A DNA stretch of 64,000 nucleotides from Pristiophorus japonicus (lineage: Eukaryota): assembly GCF_044704955.1 (NCBI RefSeq), contig NC_091985.1, positions 217,868,001 to 217,932,000 on the forward strand, given 5' to 3'. The translations under genes and the position numbers were made by a program. The notes beneath the pieces were generated by a model. The model did not search any database. It was not told where the DNA came from and was given only the letters and a program-made list of their open reading frames with translations. Of the stretch, positions 37,468-51,225 are shown in pieces. How positions within the stretch are numbered: position 1 is the first letter of the stretch; each line of letters begins with the position of its first letter.

Positions 37468-38748
37468 GAACATAAGAACATAAAAACATAAGAAATAGGA
37501 GCAGGTGTAGGCCATACGGCCCCTCGAACCTGCTCTGTCATTTAATACGATCATGGACTACTTCCCTGCCCCATAAACCCTTATTCACTTATCGTTTAAG
37601 AAACTGTCTGTTTCTGTCTTAAATTTATTCAATGTTCCAGCTTCCACAGCTCTCTGAGGCAGCGAATTCCACAGATTCACAACCCTCAGAGAAGAAATTT
37701 CTCCTCATCTCAGTTTTAAATGGGCGGCCTCTTATTCTAAGATTAAGACCTCTAGTTCTAGTCTCCCCTAGCAGTGGGAACATCCTCTCTCGTTCACCTT
37801 GTCAAGCCCCCTCATAATCTTATATGTTTCGATAAGATCACCTCTCAATCTTCTGAATTCCAATGAGTCGAGGCCCAACCTACTCAACCTTTCCCCATAA
37901 GTCAACTCCCTCATTCCGGAATCAACCTTGTGAACCTTCTCTGAACTGCCTCCAAAGCAAGTATATCCTTTTGTAAATATGGAAACCAAAATTGCATGCA
38001 GTATTCCAGGTGTAGCCTCACCAATACCCTGTACAACTGTAGCAAGATTTCCCTGCTTTTATACTCCATCCCATTTGCAATAAAAGCCAAGATTCCATTG
38101 GCCTTCCTGATCACTTGCTGTACCTGCATACTGACCTTTTGTGTTTCATGCACAAGTACCCCCAGATCCCGCTGTACTGCAGCACTTTGCAATCTTTTGC
38201 CATTGAAATAATAACTTGCTCTTTGATTTTTTTCTGCCAAAGTGCATGACCTCACACTTTCCAATATTATACTCCATCTGCCAAATTCTTGCTCACTCAC
38301 TTAGCCTGTCTATGTCCTTTTGCAGAATGTTTGTGTCCTCGCACATTGCTTTTCCTCCCATCTATGTATCGTTAGCAAACTTGGCTGTGTTACACTCGGT
38401 CCCTTCTTCCAAGTCGTTAATATAGATCATAAATAGATGGGGTCCCAGCACTGATCCCTGTGGCATCCCATTGGGTACTGATTGCCAACGTGAGAATGAA
38501 CCATTTAGCCCGACTCTCTGGTTTCTGTTCGTTAGCCAATCCTCTATCCATGCTAATATATTACCCCCAACCCCATGAACTTTTATCTTGTGCAGTGAGT
38601 AACCTTTTATGTGGCACCTTGAAAATGCCTTCTGGAAGTCCAAATACACCACATCTACTGCTTCCCCTTTATCCACCCTGTTCGTTACATCCTCAAAGAA
38701 TTGCAGCAAATTTGTCCAACATGACTTCCCCTTCATAAATTCGTGCTG
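37468..38748 (-). mobile_element. 5'-truncated CR1 in the H4-H2B spacer
   Basis: RT motifs and 3' UTR; absent at the homologous spacer position near 48690. Confidence 0.88.
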
Positions 38749-39149
38749 TTACATCCATGTTACAGCAGTGGCAGATAAGAACAGTGTTGAATTAAACGAT
38801 GGGAGAAAGGCAGCATCAGGGCGGAAAGACAGTGAGGGCCCCTTGCCCTCAGAGAAGGACTCCCAAGTCCTGATCAGAAGTGACCCTCAGGCAATCTCGG
38901 TTACAAACCGGTCAATGTCTCGAACATATAAAAATCTAGATCGACAAACACAGCAGCGAGTTTGCTGTTCAGATATATATATAGGAAAAGATGTGAATGA
39001 AACTTGCTCATAAGTCCGGCCGTCATTAACCATTTTTACCTGAGAGCAGAACAGAAACATAAAGAACAGAGTACAAATCGGGAGGGGATGCAATTGATGA
39101 CCTCATTTAAGAATTTGAGATTGTGGCGAGCAATAAATCTGATTGGATG

Positions 39150-39290
39150 TTTAAAGAGACCAATCAGGGAGATACAGAACAATGGAAATTGACAACGCAG
39201 CCAATGAACCAATCATAGTTATTGCCTTCAACAATTCCTCATTAGCATAGGGCTGTGGGCGGAGTGTGGGGCTGCCTATATAATGCTAGC
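39150..39290 (+). promoter_or_regulatory. H2B promoter: CCAAT boxes, octamer variant ATTAGCAT, GC box, TATA
   Basis: ATTAGCAT 39241-39248, GGGCGG, CTATATAA about 39277; same layout at 48960-49105. Confidence 0.75.
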
Positions 39291-39335
39291 CTGGAGCAGA
39301 ATTTGTTTCATATCTGTGCCCGACTGAACAAGACG

Positions 39336-39710
39336 ATGCCTGAGGAAAAGAAACCAGCTTCAAAAAAGGGTGCCAAGAAAGTTATCAAGAAAACACCACC
39401 AAAGGGCGGTAAGAAGCGCCGAAAGTCGAGGAAGGAGAGTTACTCCATCTACATCTACAAAGTGATGAAGCAGGTTCACCCCGACACCGGGATCTCCTCC
39501 AAGGCCATGGGCATTATGAACTCGTTTGTGAACGATATTTTCGAGCGCATCGCGGGTGAGGCTTCCCGCCTAGCCCATTACAACAAGCGCCGCACCATCA
39601 GCTCCCGGGAGATCCAGACCGCCGTGCGCCTGCTACTGCCCGGTGAGCTGGCCAAGCACGCCGTGTCGGAAGGGACAAAGGCGGTGACCAAATACACCAG
39701 CTCCAAGTAA
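39336..39710 (+). CDS. H2B: Replication-dependent histone H2B
   Basis: Intact 124 aa MPEEKK...TKYTSSK with canonical core. Confidence 0.97.
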   Translation: MPEEKKPASKKGAKKVIKKTPPKGGKKRRKSRKESYSIYIYKVMKQVHPDTGISSKAMGIMNSFVNDIFERIAGEASRLAHYNKRRTISSREIQTAVRLLLPGELAKHAVSEGTKAVTKYTSSK

Positions 39711-39750
39711 AACTCCACACTGTCCTGACAGAACAAACCCCAAACACAAC

Positions 39751-39766
39751 GGCTCTTTTAAGAGCC
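39751..39766 (+). terminator. Histone mRNA 3' stem-loop with downstream AAAGAG element
   Basis: GGCTCTTTTAAGAGCC followed by ACCCA. Confidence 0.95.
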
Positions 39767-40724
39767 ACCCACAACATCATTAAAAGAGCTGCACAAATAC
39801 ATCTCCCTTTAGACTGAATTTACTATAATTATTTCCCGAACAACTGTGTATGAGAACCTTTACAGTTCCAGCTGTAGATTTAGTTTTGAATTCTCATAAG
39901 CAGCTTCACTGAGGGGTTCGACCTTGGTGTCGCTGGAATTTCCTGCAGAGTCAACTACAAACACGTCCCTGGTCGCTTTCACTTTGTTCTCAGACCCGTT
40001 CATTAACAGCGCCTGCCGACGAATTTATTTTGGGGGGCGAGGAAACTCCGATTTCAGTCACATTCTCACTCAAGCCCTTTTCACGTTTTGTTTTATTCCA
40101 TTGCGCTCAGTCTGTTTATTAACCCGAGACTCCCCGCAGTGTAACAACCCAGAATGGGAGTTCTTAGAGACTAGAACAGGGGCAGTTTGAACACTCTGTC
40201 CCTCTTTTTTCACAGAAGGACTCCGTTCTGGTCTCACCCCCACAGCAGCTCCTGTGAAAACAAGTTCACTTTTACAAAGCTGGAGCTGGAATGTGTCCCG
40301 TTACAGAATCAGTGGGGACTGAGTCCCGCCCGTTACAGACAGTTTGAAGCTGAAGCCGAATTTAATCTTGATTGTAACAGGCTGGAATTTGCAAGGCAAA
40401 CATGGAATAAGACAAAAGGAAACAAATTGTTTAGAAATATATGGCTAACGGTGAAGTTACTAACATAATCCGCAATTTTAACAATTATTGGCGGGATTTT
40501 TGAATTTTAAAAATCGTTAGATTCTGATTGTTGGGAACCAGTAATTTCCGCCCTCCTTTCTTTGGTGGACTAAACAGGCTGTGATTGGTCATCGGAAACG
40601 GCCAATGAAATCCACCACAGAGTGACCAATCACAAGTTGGCTCCCTGCATCCCTCCAGAAGGTATAAGAAGGGCAGATATGGGAGGAGTTTCTCATTCCT
40701 TGTCTGAACCTGCGGATTGTGGAA

Positions 40725-41097
40725 ATGTCTGGAAGAGGAAAAACCAGCGGTAAAGCTCGGGCCAAGGCCAAGTCTCGCTCCTCCCGGGCTGGACTGCAGT
40801 TCCCTGTGGGCCGTGTTCACAGGCTCCTGCGAAAGGGGAACTACGTTCAGCGTGTGGGTGCCGGAGCCCAGGTCTACATGGCTGCTGTGCTCGAGTATCT
40901 GACCGCTGAAATCCTGGAGCTGGCCGGCAACGCGGCCCGCGACAACAAGAAGACCCGCATCATCCCCAGACACCTGCAGCTGGCCATCCGCAACGACGAG
41001 GAGCTCAACAAGCTGCTGGGAAAGGTGACCATCGCTCAGGGTGGGGTGCTGCCTAGTGCTGCCCAAGAAAACCACCACTTCGTCCAAGAGCAAGTAA
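40725..41097 (+). pseudogene. H2A: Histone H2A with C-terminal frameshift
   Basis: Net 14-nt deletion after GGVLP relative to the 50428 copy; shifted frame runs to 41207; altered stem-loop 41128-41143. Confidence 0.85.
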
Positions 41098-41530
41098 AGC
41101 GGATAAGATTTAATCTAATAACCCAAAGGCTTTTTTCAGAGCCGCTCACAGTATCTGAAAGGGCTGCTTACTGTATTATTGGAGACCTTCAGTTCAGGTA
41201 CCGATAAATTGGTCTGTTTCAGACCTGTGTGCGGGAGTTTTCAGTTCCTGGTATCTGCATTACGGTTCTCTGCTCACCCAAACTGTTCGAGTTAGCAGCT
41301 AATAATTAAACTACAGTTGTCAGAGCCTCAAAACTTGTATAAATACTGCAACCGGTTCCTTAAATATTCTTTAGTCTATCAATGAAAGCTGTATGAAGAG
41401 AGTCGGCTGTTATTAAAAGGGCCTAGTTTAATTATGGTCTGGTTTGAGAGTTTGAATGCTGGTTCTGTTCCCGGGAGCTCCGGCCGTTCCCGGGCTGTGT
41501 ATTTCTCTTCCTTAGCCGGCCAGTTTAGAC

Positions 41531-41824
<294 letters not shown>

Positions 41825-42137
41825 TAGACATTTATCATCGAAGCTTCCAGGACGGAAGGATGCCACTTCGGCCTATCGTGTCCGTGCCGGCCAACAAAAG
41901 GTTATCCAGCCTAATCCCACTTTCCAGCTCCAGGTCCGTAACCCTGCAGGTTATGGCACTTCAAGTGCACATCCAAGTAGTTTTAAATGTGGTGAGGATT
42001 TCTGCCTCGACCACCCATTCAGGCAATGAATTCCAGATCCCCACCCTCTGCGTGAAGAAATTTCCCCTCTAAACCTTCTGCCAATTACTTTAAATTTCTG
42101 TCCCCTGTGCTAAGGGAAATAGGCCCTTTACAGCACA

Positions 42138-45100
42138 ACTCTTTTGGGGAAAACATCATAAATTAATCCAAGTGCCCCCAGATCTGGGGGACACTCCAAA
42201 CACTTTTCTGTGCCCTTTTTTTTTGGGTTATTTTTGTGGGGTTTTTTTGGGGCAGAAAAACCATAATTTACAAGTGTCCCCTATAAAAGGGAAGGGAGAC
42301 ACTAAAACCCAGCAATTAAAACAAATCAAACTTCAAAACATATAAAATCATAGTAAAATTTGGTGCCGGGGGTGACAATGCACTCCAGTCCCTCCGGCAC
42401 CTACCTCTCGCAGAAGGCCGCGAGCGTACCGGTGGACACCGCGTGCTCCATCTCTAGGGACACCCTGGCCCGGATGTAAGCACGGAAGAAAGGCAGGCAG
42501 TCAGGCTGAACGACCCCCTCGACCGCCCGCTGCCTGGACCGGCTGATGGCACCCTTGACCGTGCCCAGGAGCAGTCCTACAAGAAGGCCTTCGGACCTAC
42601 CCGCTCCCCTCTGCACAGGGTGCCCAAAGATCAGGAATGTGGGACTGAAGTGCAGCCAGAAATTGAGGAGCAGCCCCTTTAAATAATGGAACAGGGACTC
42701 TTCCAGACCGCAGAAATTGCAGGCGGCCTGGGAGCCCGTGAACCAACTTAAACATTTATTGCATGGGACTGCTCCGTGTACCACCTTCCAGGCCAAGTCC
42801 CCGATAAATAATGGGAGAACTCCCGCATAGAGTGCATTCCATCGGGGACCCCTGCCTCCTCCAGATGGCAAGATGGTACGCCATGGAGTGTCCGGATGGC
42901 AGACGAGGATGGCAAAGTTGAGTGTGCAGGAGCAGCCTGTACAGGAAACCCCTCCATGCAGAACTGAAAGGCACGGAGGGGATTTCCCCGAGGTGGCTCA
43001 AGTTGTGAGGCGCCGGCTCCCAAGGGAGGTTCCGCGGTTTGGCACCGATGAGGAATTCTGTCCGGACGGGGGGCAGTTCGGACGGGATCTCCTCACGTGC
43101 TTGAGCCTCCTCGACACACCTAATGGAGTCAGGGCCCAGAGCTGTTTTTAGCGACTCAATGGCATTGGCCATGCAGCGGACTTCGGCCGAATTTAGGTGC
43201 CAAGCCAGCATGTCTGGCGTCATCCAGCCTGCTCCTCCATCATTGAGCAGGTCCCTGACCCTGGTCACCTCGCCAGCCGCAGCCCTCTTGTTCGACTGCC
43301 ACCTGAAACCTCGGTCGTGGAGGTACGGATTCCCGAGCAGCGGCTCCTGCAGGACAGCTGCCACTCCAGCCGGTGGAGAGCTGCGCTTGGTGGAAACTTT
43401 GTCCAGACCCTGATGAGTTCCTGGTAAAAGACAGGCAGCCCCTCGACGGTGGTCCTGATGCCCCCCAAGCTCACAAACAGGAGCTGCATGTTGTAGTTGA
43501 GGCTGTGCTGCTGGCGGAAGAAATGCGTCACCAGTGCACGCCACCTGGGAGGGGGCTCAACGTAAAGGTATCTCTGCAGGGTCTGAAGACGGAAAGTCGC
43601 TAGCTGGGTGCTGACGCACACCAACAACTGACCGCCCTCCCTAAGCGGGAGACTCAAGACCGCCGCAGAGACCCAGTGCTTCCTGTTGTTCCAGAAGAAG
43701 TCCACCAGCTTCTTCTGTATCTTGGCGACAAACGCAGGGGGAGGGGTCAAAGTGACCAGCCGGTACCACAGCATAGCGGCCACCAGCTGGCACTCGACCC
43801 CTGTAGGACAGCACTTCGAGCAGTCCTGTCCAGCGCCCGAGGCGAACGGCGACCTTGGCCTCCAGCTCTTGCCAGTTCGCCGGTCAGGCTTCCTCGTCAG
43901 GGCTCAGGTAGACTTCCAGATAGAGGAGATGGGTCGTGCTCCAGGCAAAAGGCCTGAGCTCCTCTGGCAGGGAGTCCACTCACCACTGACCCACCAGGAG
44001 TCCGGAACATTTCTCCCAGTTGATACTGGCGAAGGATGCGGCTGAGTAAATCTGCTGGCACTCACGCATCCTCCGCAGGTCAGTGGGATCCTCTACCGTG
44101 AGGAGCACATCATCGGCGTAAGCTGAGAGGACGACCTCCATGCCCAGCCCTTGCAGAGCCAGTCCTGTCAACCTCGTCCGCAGGAGGCACAGGAAAGGCT
44201 CCACGCAGATGGCATATAACTGGCTGGACATGGGGCATCCCTGGCGCACCCCACTCCTAAAGCGAAGGGGCACCATCAAGGACCCATTAACCTTAATCAG
44301 ACACTCCGCGGTGGCATACAAAAGTCGGATCCGGGTGACGAAATGCGTCCCGAACCCGAAAGCGCGCAGAGTTCCGAACAGATAGTCGTGATCCACCCTG
44401 TCAAACGCCTTCTCTTGGTCGAGGGATAGGAAGGTGACCGACAGACCAGCCTCCTGGGAATGATGGATGAGGTCCCGAACCAGATGGATGTTATCGTGGA
44501 TTGTCCGGCCCGGGACTGTGTAGGACTGGTCGGGGTGGATTATGTGGTCCAGCACAGTGCCAAGGCGAGCAGACATCACCCTGCCAAAGATTTTGTAGTC
44601 CGTGCTGAGGAGGGAGACTGAGCGCCAGTTCTTAAGTAGGCGGAGATCGCCCTTCTTAGGCAGCAGGACGATGACTGCCCTGCATCTCCCCAGTTGCCAG
44701 ACTTTCCCCCAGGACCCGCACGTTGTCACCCCCCAGGACGTCCCAGAACGCCCTGTGGAACTCCATGGGTCAGCCCGTCCAGCCCTGGGGCTTTTCCCCT
44801 CGATAGCCAGTGGAGGGCGCCAGGCTTAGCGGAGCTTCCAGATTTTCGGCGCCCTCCGGGCCGACCTTCGGTAGGTCCTCCCACAAAACTCTACGCACTT
44901 CCTAGCTGGACGGCTCCGGAGAGAACAGAGCCCCATAATATCCTCGGGCCCTGTTGCTGACGCCCTCCAGATCTGAGACAGAGAGCCATCATCGGCCAGC
45001 AACGTCAAGAGCTGCTTACGGACACCCTGTCTTTTTTCCAGCGAGTAGAAGAAGGGGGAGCCGCGGTCCAGATCCCGCAGGAACCGGATCCGCGACGTCA

Positions 45101-48100
45101 CGAACGCGCCTCGGGACCTGACGAACTGCAGTCCTTCAGCGCGGCCTTCTACGCTTCGTACACCATCCGCAGGGCCAGGTCCTCGACGACCTGACTGAGA
45201 CGGGATTCCAGGTCGAGCACCTCTTTTTCTAGGCCCGCACCTTGGTCGACCCCCTCGCATACTCTTGGTAGAAGACACGGACGTGAATCTTGCCCATGTC
45301 CCACCATAACCTCAAGGAGGGGAAGTCCCCCTGCTTCCTTCTCCAGTCGGCCCAGAAATGACGGAACAAGTCCTGGAACCGCTCGTCCTCCAGCAGCTGG
45401 TTGTTAAAATGCCAGTACGCGGATCCCGTCCTCGCGTGGAGCGAAGCGAGCTCCACCCACACCAGGTGGTGGTCTGAACACGGCACCAGCCGCATGGAGG
45501 CCGCCGGAACACAGGAAACGTATGCCCGAGACACGTAAAGGCAGTCGATTCTGGACCATCCTCTTCCAGGCCTCACCCAAGTAAAGGCGCTGGAGTCGGG
45601 ATGGCGATTTCGCCAGACGTCCACCAAGTCGAAGGACCCGACCAGGTCCCTCAACTTCTCGATCACCGTCATGCTCTGCGGGGCACCGGAGCGGTCCCTC
45701 ACCTCGAGGGTGCAGTTGAAATCCCCTCTGAGGACAATGCAGTTGCCGACAGCGACAGAGCCAAGAAGAGCGGACACTTCATCGAAGAAGCGCGTTTGCT
45801 GCGGGCCGGGCTGAGGTGCGTACACATTCATGAGATGGAGCGGCACGTCCCCCAGGTGAACCGTGACGTGCAGCAAGCGGCAAAATGGCCACCCCACAAG
45901 AAGTGGCAGTGTGGTGACTCATGCGGACCTCTCCTTGCCATTCCAGGAGCCACGTTCGTCTCCCGGAACGGTGTGGGTTTCTTGCAGGAAGCACACCGCG
46001 TATTTCCCCTCCCGCAGGAGCAAAAAATTGTTAAATCTACGGCGTGCCTCTCTGCCGCCGTTGATGTTGAGCCTGGCTATGGTTATCTTCATGACAACCT
46101 CTACTTAACCTATTGTGGTGGGGGGGGAGTGGAGTCGTTTGTTGACCTCCACTCCCTCAGCAGCCCAGCGAGCAATGTTTTGAGCCGACGCAGCTCAAGG
46201 CTTTACGCCTTTGATAAGGGACCACCCGCGGCCATGGTTTTAGCGGCAGCGCAGATGGACCTGATGAGGAGCGCCGGCTCGGACCATTTTTCCAGGGCCA
46301 GATGGGCTCAGTTGTGGCGATCCTGGCTCTGGACCATAAAGTCCCGGAGTTCCTTTACAGGAATGAGGGGGGACTCAGCAGCGGGCATGAGGAGATCCAC
46401 CACCTCACTGGCGATGGACTCCAGATCTTCTCCCGCACCCTCCACCGAGTCCCCATCCCCCTCCGGGAGTTCACCGCTAGCAGCCGGTCCATCGACCACC
46501 CGAGGTGCGACAAACGGCCCGGCCACTCCATCCGGCCCTGGCTCTGCCCCGATCCCACCACCATGATCGTCGGCAGACGAGTCCCCACTGGGCTATTTTA
46601 ATTGTGGTACTGGGTCAGGAAGCAGCAGCGGAAGGGGTTCCTCCTCAGCCCCAGGCACCGGGGAACATGGAGAGACCTGGTCGAAGAACTGCTCCAGGTC
46701 CTCCAAGTACCCCACCTCCAAAGTTGGGGGCGAGGGTTGGTGTTCTTCCCCATTCCCGCCGCCACCCCCCAGCCCAGTGTGTGTCGGTTCTTTAAAATTA
46801 TTAAAATTTTATTTATCTGCCAGATCGAGCAGATCCCGGGAGATGTTGTATATTGGCTGAGCGGGCTCAGGTTCGGCCTTTTCAGCCCTGCCCACCTCAG
46901 TCCCTGGGATGCCCGACCCAGCGGCGACGCATTCCTCCGCCGGCCCCACGCCCCCCACAACAGGCAGATCTTCCTCGCCATCCCCGGGAGGCAGAGGCTG
47001 GGCAGCCTCGACTGTCTGACTCTCCCCGGGGACAGATTCTCCCCCACCTACGGCGCGGTTTGGGGGTGCTGGTGGGGGACGCGGGACATGTGGCAAGCAC
47101 CAACTCCTCCGTGGAGGGATATTGTTCCCCCTCCACCTCATTGGAGCGGTGCCTCCTTTTTTGTCTGGGGGAGGGGGCGCGGAGACAGGGAGACCTCAAT
47201 GACTGCCGAGGCCTCCCGCTCCACTCCCCCCTTTTATTTTTCTTGCCCACGCCCAAGCCCCTCTGCGGTATTGGTAGAGGGCTTGGGCACGGGCTCAGGG
47301 CAGGTGACAGAGGTAGGCCGGGTGCGGTGATGAGGCTGTCCGGTGCTCAGGGGACCCGCCTCGAGGTATTTCACCTTCCTCCATGCCTTCCTTCCACCCG
47401 GACGCTCTCCCTCACCGCCGGAGGCCATGAAGACAAAGGCCTCCAACGATGTCCGCGCATCCACGCGGATGCTACTAGGGGGAGGGGTGGCGATGGCGCC
47501 AGCCTTGGCTGCCTTTGGTGTTTTGGTGGCCTTGGAGGTGGGGCAGTTCTTACGAACATGCCCCACCTCCCTACAGGCATGGCACCGCACGCCGTCCAAC
47601 GTCCCCTCGTGCACCACGTTAAAGGTGCCCTCTGTCATCTCCTCCCGCGCCAGCCGGACAAAAAGCTGGCGCTGGAAGGAGAACACATGATGCAGGCTGG
47701 TCTCCCTGAGACCGAGCGGTATCGGGTTAATCCCCGACCCCAGTTGATGTAGGTGGGGGAGCAGGAGCTCAGCGGGAACAAAGGGCGGGACATTCGAAAG
47801 AATGATCCTCTGCGTGGTGGCCTCGAGAGGGTCCACCGGCTGGAATGTCTGACCCACCGTGAGCCCCTTTTCAAGGGCCAGGGACACCACCCGCTCCGAC
47901 CCCAGGAAGAACACAGCCTTCCTGGACATCTTGAAGGCCACGACAATAGCCGAGGGGCCGACTACCCCAGCCATCGCCCACACGCAGTCCTTGATGCTCA
48001 TAGTGAGGTGAGTGTAGCTCTTGACCCCATGTTTTTTAGTTATTAATCTAAATGGTAGCAGTGCAGCTGGATGCGCAGTGGCTGTGGAAGCCGCCTGCGC

Positions 48101-48510
48101 GTAAGTCTTAACTGGCCCTGCCACCGACATAGATGGGGTTGCCATCACGGGGTCCCTTTAAGGGTTACACTCACCCCAAGGTCACAGGCCTTAATGGTCT
48201 TAATAGGCCTCGTTAAATGTGGGAGCAGAGGGAGCTCTTAATGAGGCACACCTCTCCCCTAGTTAACGATTAGGGAGGGGCCTTGCTCCCTCTGCTCATT
48301 GTCTTGATTTTTTAATTAGGAGGAAAGAGCTCTCAGGGAGAGAGGGGAGAGACAGAGAGAGTGACAGAGAGAGAGGGAGGGGGGGTGGGAAAGAGGGAAG
48401 CTGTGAGGGCAGGTCTCCCCTCACAGTGCTGGGTGGGTGTTTTGCTGGGGTGCACTCCCCAGATGGCAAAATAACAGTCTTATTAGGTGGTCTTCGGGGG
48501 GGGGGGGAGG
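42138..48510 (-). mobile_element. Full-length degenerate Tx1-clade non-LTR retrotransposon
   Basis: ORF1 from 48148 (ILSNVPPF, CCHC knuckle CHACREVGHVRKNC); ORF2 from 46092 (MKITIARLNING, GDFN, SDH, GVRQGCP, YADD, C-terminal CxxC...H); multiple frameshifts. Confidence 0.9.
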
Positions 48511-49157
48511 GGTTCTGCTTCGACTACCCATTCAGGCAGTGAGTTCCAGACCCCCACCCTCTGCGTGAAGAAATTTCCCCTCTAAACCTGCTAATTACTT
48601 TAAATTTATGTCCCCTGTGCTAAGGGAAATAGGCCGTTTACGGCACAGAAGGTACAGCATATTCCAGTGAAGGTAACACAAACAACTAATATAGTTACAG
48701 CAGTGACAGATAAGAAAGATGTTGAATTAAACGGTGGGAGGAAGGCAGCATCAGGGCGGAAGGTCAGTGAGGGTCTTTTGCCCTCACAGAAGGACTCCCA
48801 AGTCCTGACCAGAAGTGACCCTCAGGCAATCTCGGATACAAACCGGTCAATGTCTGTCGAACATGTAGATATCTCGATCGATAAAGAACAGAGTATGGCT
48901 TGGGAGGGGATGTAACTGATAAACTAATTCAAGAATTTGAGATTGTGGCGAGCAGTAAATCTGATTGGATATTTAAAGAGACCAATCAGAGAATTACAGA
49001 ACAATGGAAATTGACAACGCAGCGAATGCACCAATCACAATCGTTGCCTTCACCCATCCCTCATTAGCATAGGGCTGTGGGCGGAGTGTGGGGCTGCCTA
49101 TATAATACGAGCTCCGAGCCAAGTTTACGTCATGTCTGGGTCGGATTGAACAAGACG

Positions 49158-49535
49158 ATGCCTGAAGAGAAGAAATCAGTTACTGCCAAGAAAGGCGCCA
49201 AGAAAGTGATCAAGAAAACGCCACCGAAGGGCGGCAAGAGGCGCAGAAAGTCGAGGAAGGAGAGTTACTCCATCTACATCTACAAAGTGATGAAGCAGGT
49301 TCATCCCGACACCGGCATCTCCTCCAAGGCTATGGGCATCATGAACTCGTTTGTGAACGATATTTTCGAGCGCATCGCGGGTGAGGCTTCCCGCCTGGCC
49401 CATTATAATAAGCGATCCACCATCAGCTCCCGGGAGATCCAGACCGCCGTGCGCCTGCTGCTGCCCGGGGAGCTGGCCAAGCACGCCGTGTCGGAAGGGA
49501 CAAAGGCGGTGACCAAGTACACCAGCTCCAAGTAA
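49158..49535 (+). CDS. H2B: Replication-dependent histone H2B
   Basis: Intact 125 aa; TATA and octamer-variant promoter; stem-loop 49566-49581. Confidence 0.97.
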   Translation: MPEEKKSVTAKKGAKKVIKKTPPKGGKRRRKSRKESYSIYIYKVMKQVHPDTGISSKAMGIMNSFVNDIFERIAGEASRLAHYNKRSTISSREIQTAVRLLLPGELAKHAVSEGTKAVTKYTSSK

Positions 49536-50427
49536 AACGCTGACGAAACAAACCCCAAACACAACGGCTCTTTTAAGAGCCACCCACAACCTCTCTGAAA
49601 GAGCTGCACAAACGCGTCATCCTTTAATCTCAATTTACTGTAATTATTTCCTGAGCAAGTGTTTTTGACAACATTTAAAGATCCAGGGTAGATTTAGATA
49701 CGAATTTTCAGATAATCGGTTTTACTGTCCGGTTCAGCCTTAGCTTCGTTGATGAAGTTCCCTCCCAGTAAAATATAAACACTCCCTGGTCACCTGCCGA
49801 CGAATTATGGTCTTGTTTTAGACTTTACTCACCTCATTCTCTCTCAAGCCCTTTTTCAAAAAAAAAATCTAGTTAGTCAACCCGCTTATTACCCGGAGCC
49901 TGCGTGTGCAACAACTCAGAATGGAAGTTCTTACAGAGACCAGAACGGGGCAGTTGGAACACTCTGTCCCTCTTCTCTTTTCACAGAAGGACTTCCAGTT
50001 CTGGTCTCACTCCCGCCTGTGCGGAGGATTATCCATGATCTGTGATTCCCAAATTGTACAAAGAATGAGCTGGAATGTGTCCCGTAACAGAATGTTTGAA
50101 AGTGAACCCTAATTTAATCCTGATTGTAACATCCTGGAATTTGGAAGGCAATATGGAATAAAATGTGTTTGGAAATCTTTGGCTAATGATGAATTTATTA
50201 ACATAATCCGCATTGTAAAAATTACGGGCGGGGTTTTTGAAATTGAAGATTCGTTGGAAGTCGAACAATAATTTTCGCCCTCTTTTCAGTGGCAGGCTAA
50301 GCAGATGGTGATTGGTCATCGGAAAAGACCAATCACAAGTTCACTCCCTGTATCCCTCCAGAATGTATAAGAAGAGCAGATGAGGGAGGAGTTTTGCATT
50401 CTTTTTCTGAACCTGTGGATTGTGGAA

Positions 50428-50808
50428 ATGTCTGGAAGAGGAAAAACCGGCGGTAAAGCTCGGGCCAAGGCTCGTTCCTCCCGGGCCGGACTGCAGTTCC
50501 CTGTGGGCCGTGTTCACAGGCTCCTGCGAAAGGGGAACTACTCTCAGCGTGTGGGTGCCGGAGCTTTGGTCTACATGGCTGTTGTGCTCGAGTATCTGAC
50601 CGCTGAAATCCTGGAGCTGGCCGGCAATGCGGCCCGCGACAACAAGAAGACCCGCATCATCCCCAGACACCTGCAGCTGGCCATCCGCAACGACGAGGAG
50701 CTCAATAAGCTGCTGGGAAAGGTGACCATCGCTCAGGGCGGGGTGCTGCCGAATATCCAGGCTGTGCTGCTGCCCAAGAAAACCACCACTTCGTCCAAGA
50801 GCAAGTAA
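50428..50808 (+). CDS. H2A: Histone H2A, intact frame but divergent
   Basis: 126 aa; 2-aa tail deletion, GNYSQ, P48L, A53V; perfect stem-loop 50839-50854. Confidence 0.8.
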   Translation: MSGRGKTGGKARAKARSSRAGLQFPVGRVHRLLRKGNYSQRVGAGALVYMAVVLEYLTAEILELAGNAARDNKKTRIIPRHLQLAIRNDEELNKLLGKVTIAQGGVLPNIQAVLLPKKTTTSSKSK

Positions 50809-50947
50809 AGCGGACAAGATTTAATCTAATAACCGAAAGGCTCTTTTCAGAGCCGACCACAGTATCTGTGGAAGGGCTGCTTACTGACTTAATTGAGTCA
50901 GAGCCCTTTAATTCATGTACCGATAGATTGGCTTATTTCAGACCTGT

Positions 50948-51225
50948 AAACATAGAAAATAGGTGCAGGAGTAAGCCATTCGGCCCTTCGAGCCTGCACC
51001 ACCATTCAGTAAGATCATGGCTGATCTTTCACCTCAGTACCCTTTTCCTGCTTTCTCTCCACACCCCTTGATCTCTTTAGCCACAAGGGCCACATCGAAC
51101 TCCCTCTTGAATATATCTAACGAACTGGCATCAACAACTCTGCCGTAGGGAATTCCACAGGTTAACAACTCTTGAGTGAAGAAGTTTCTCCTCATCTCAG
51201 TCCCAAATGGCTTACCCCTTATCCG
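50948..51225 (-). mobile_element. CR1 3' fragment in the H2A downstream spacer
   Basis: CR1 3' UTR; absent at the homologous site near 41228. Confidence 0.85.

Noticed and set aside
39255-39335. N-terminal extensions of H2B, H2A and H3 in the ORF track
   Set aside because: Mostly non-ATG starts that run through promoter or 5' UTR sequence; true starts match canonical histone N-termini
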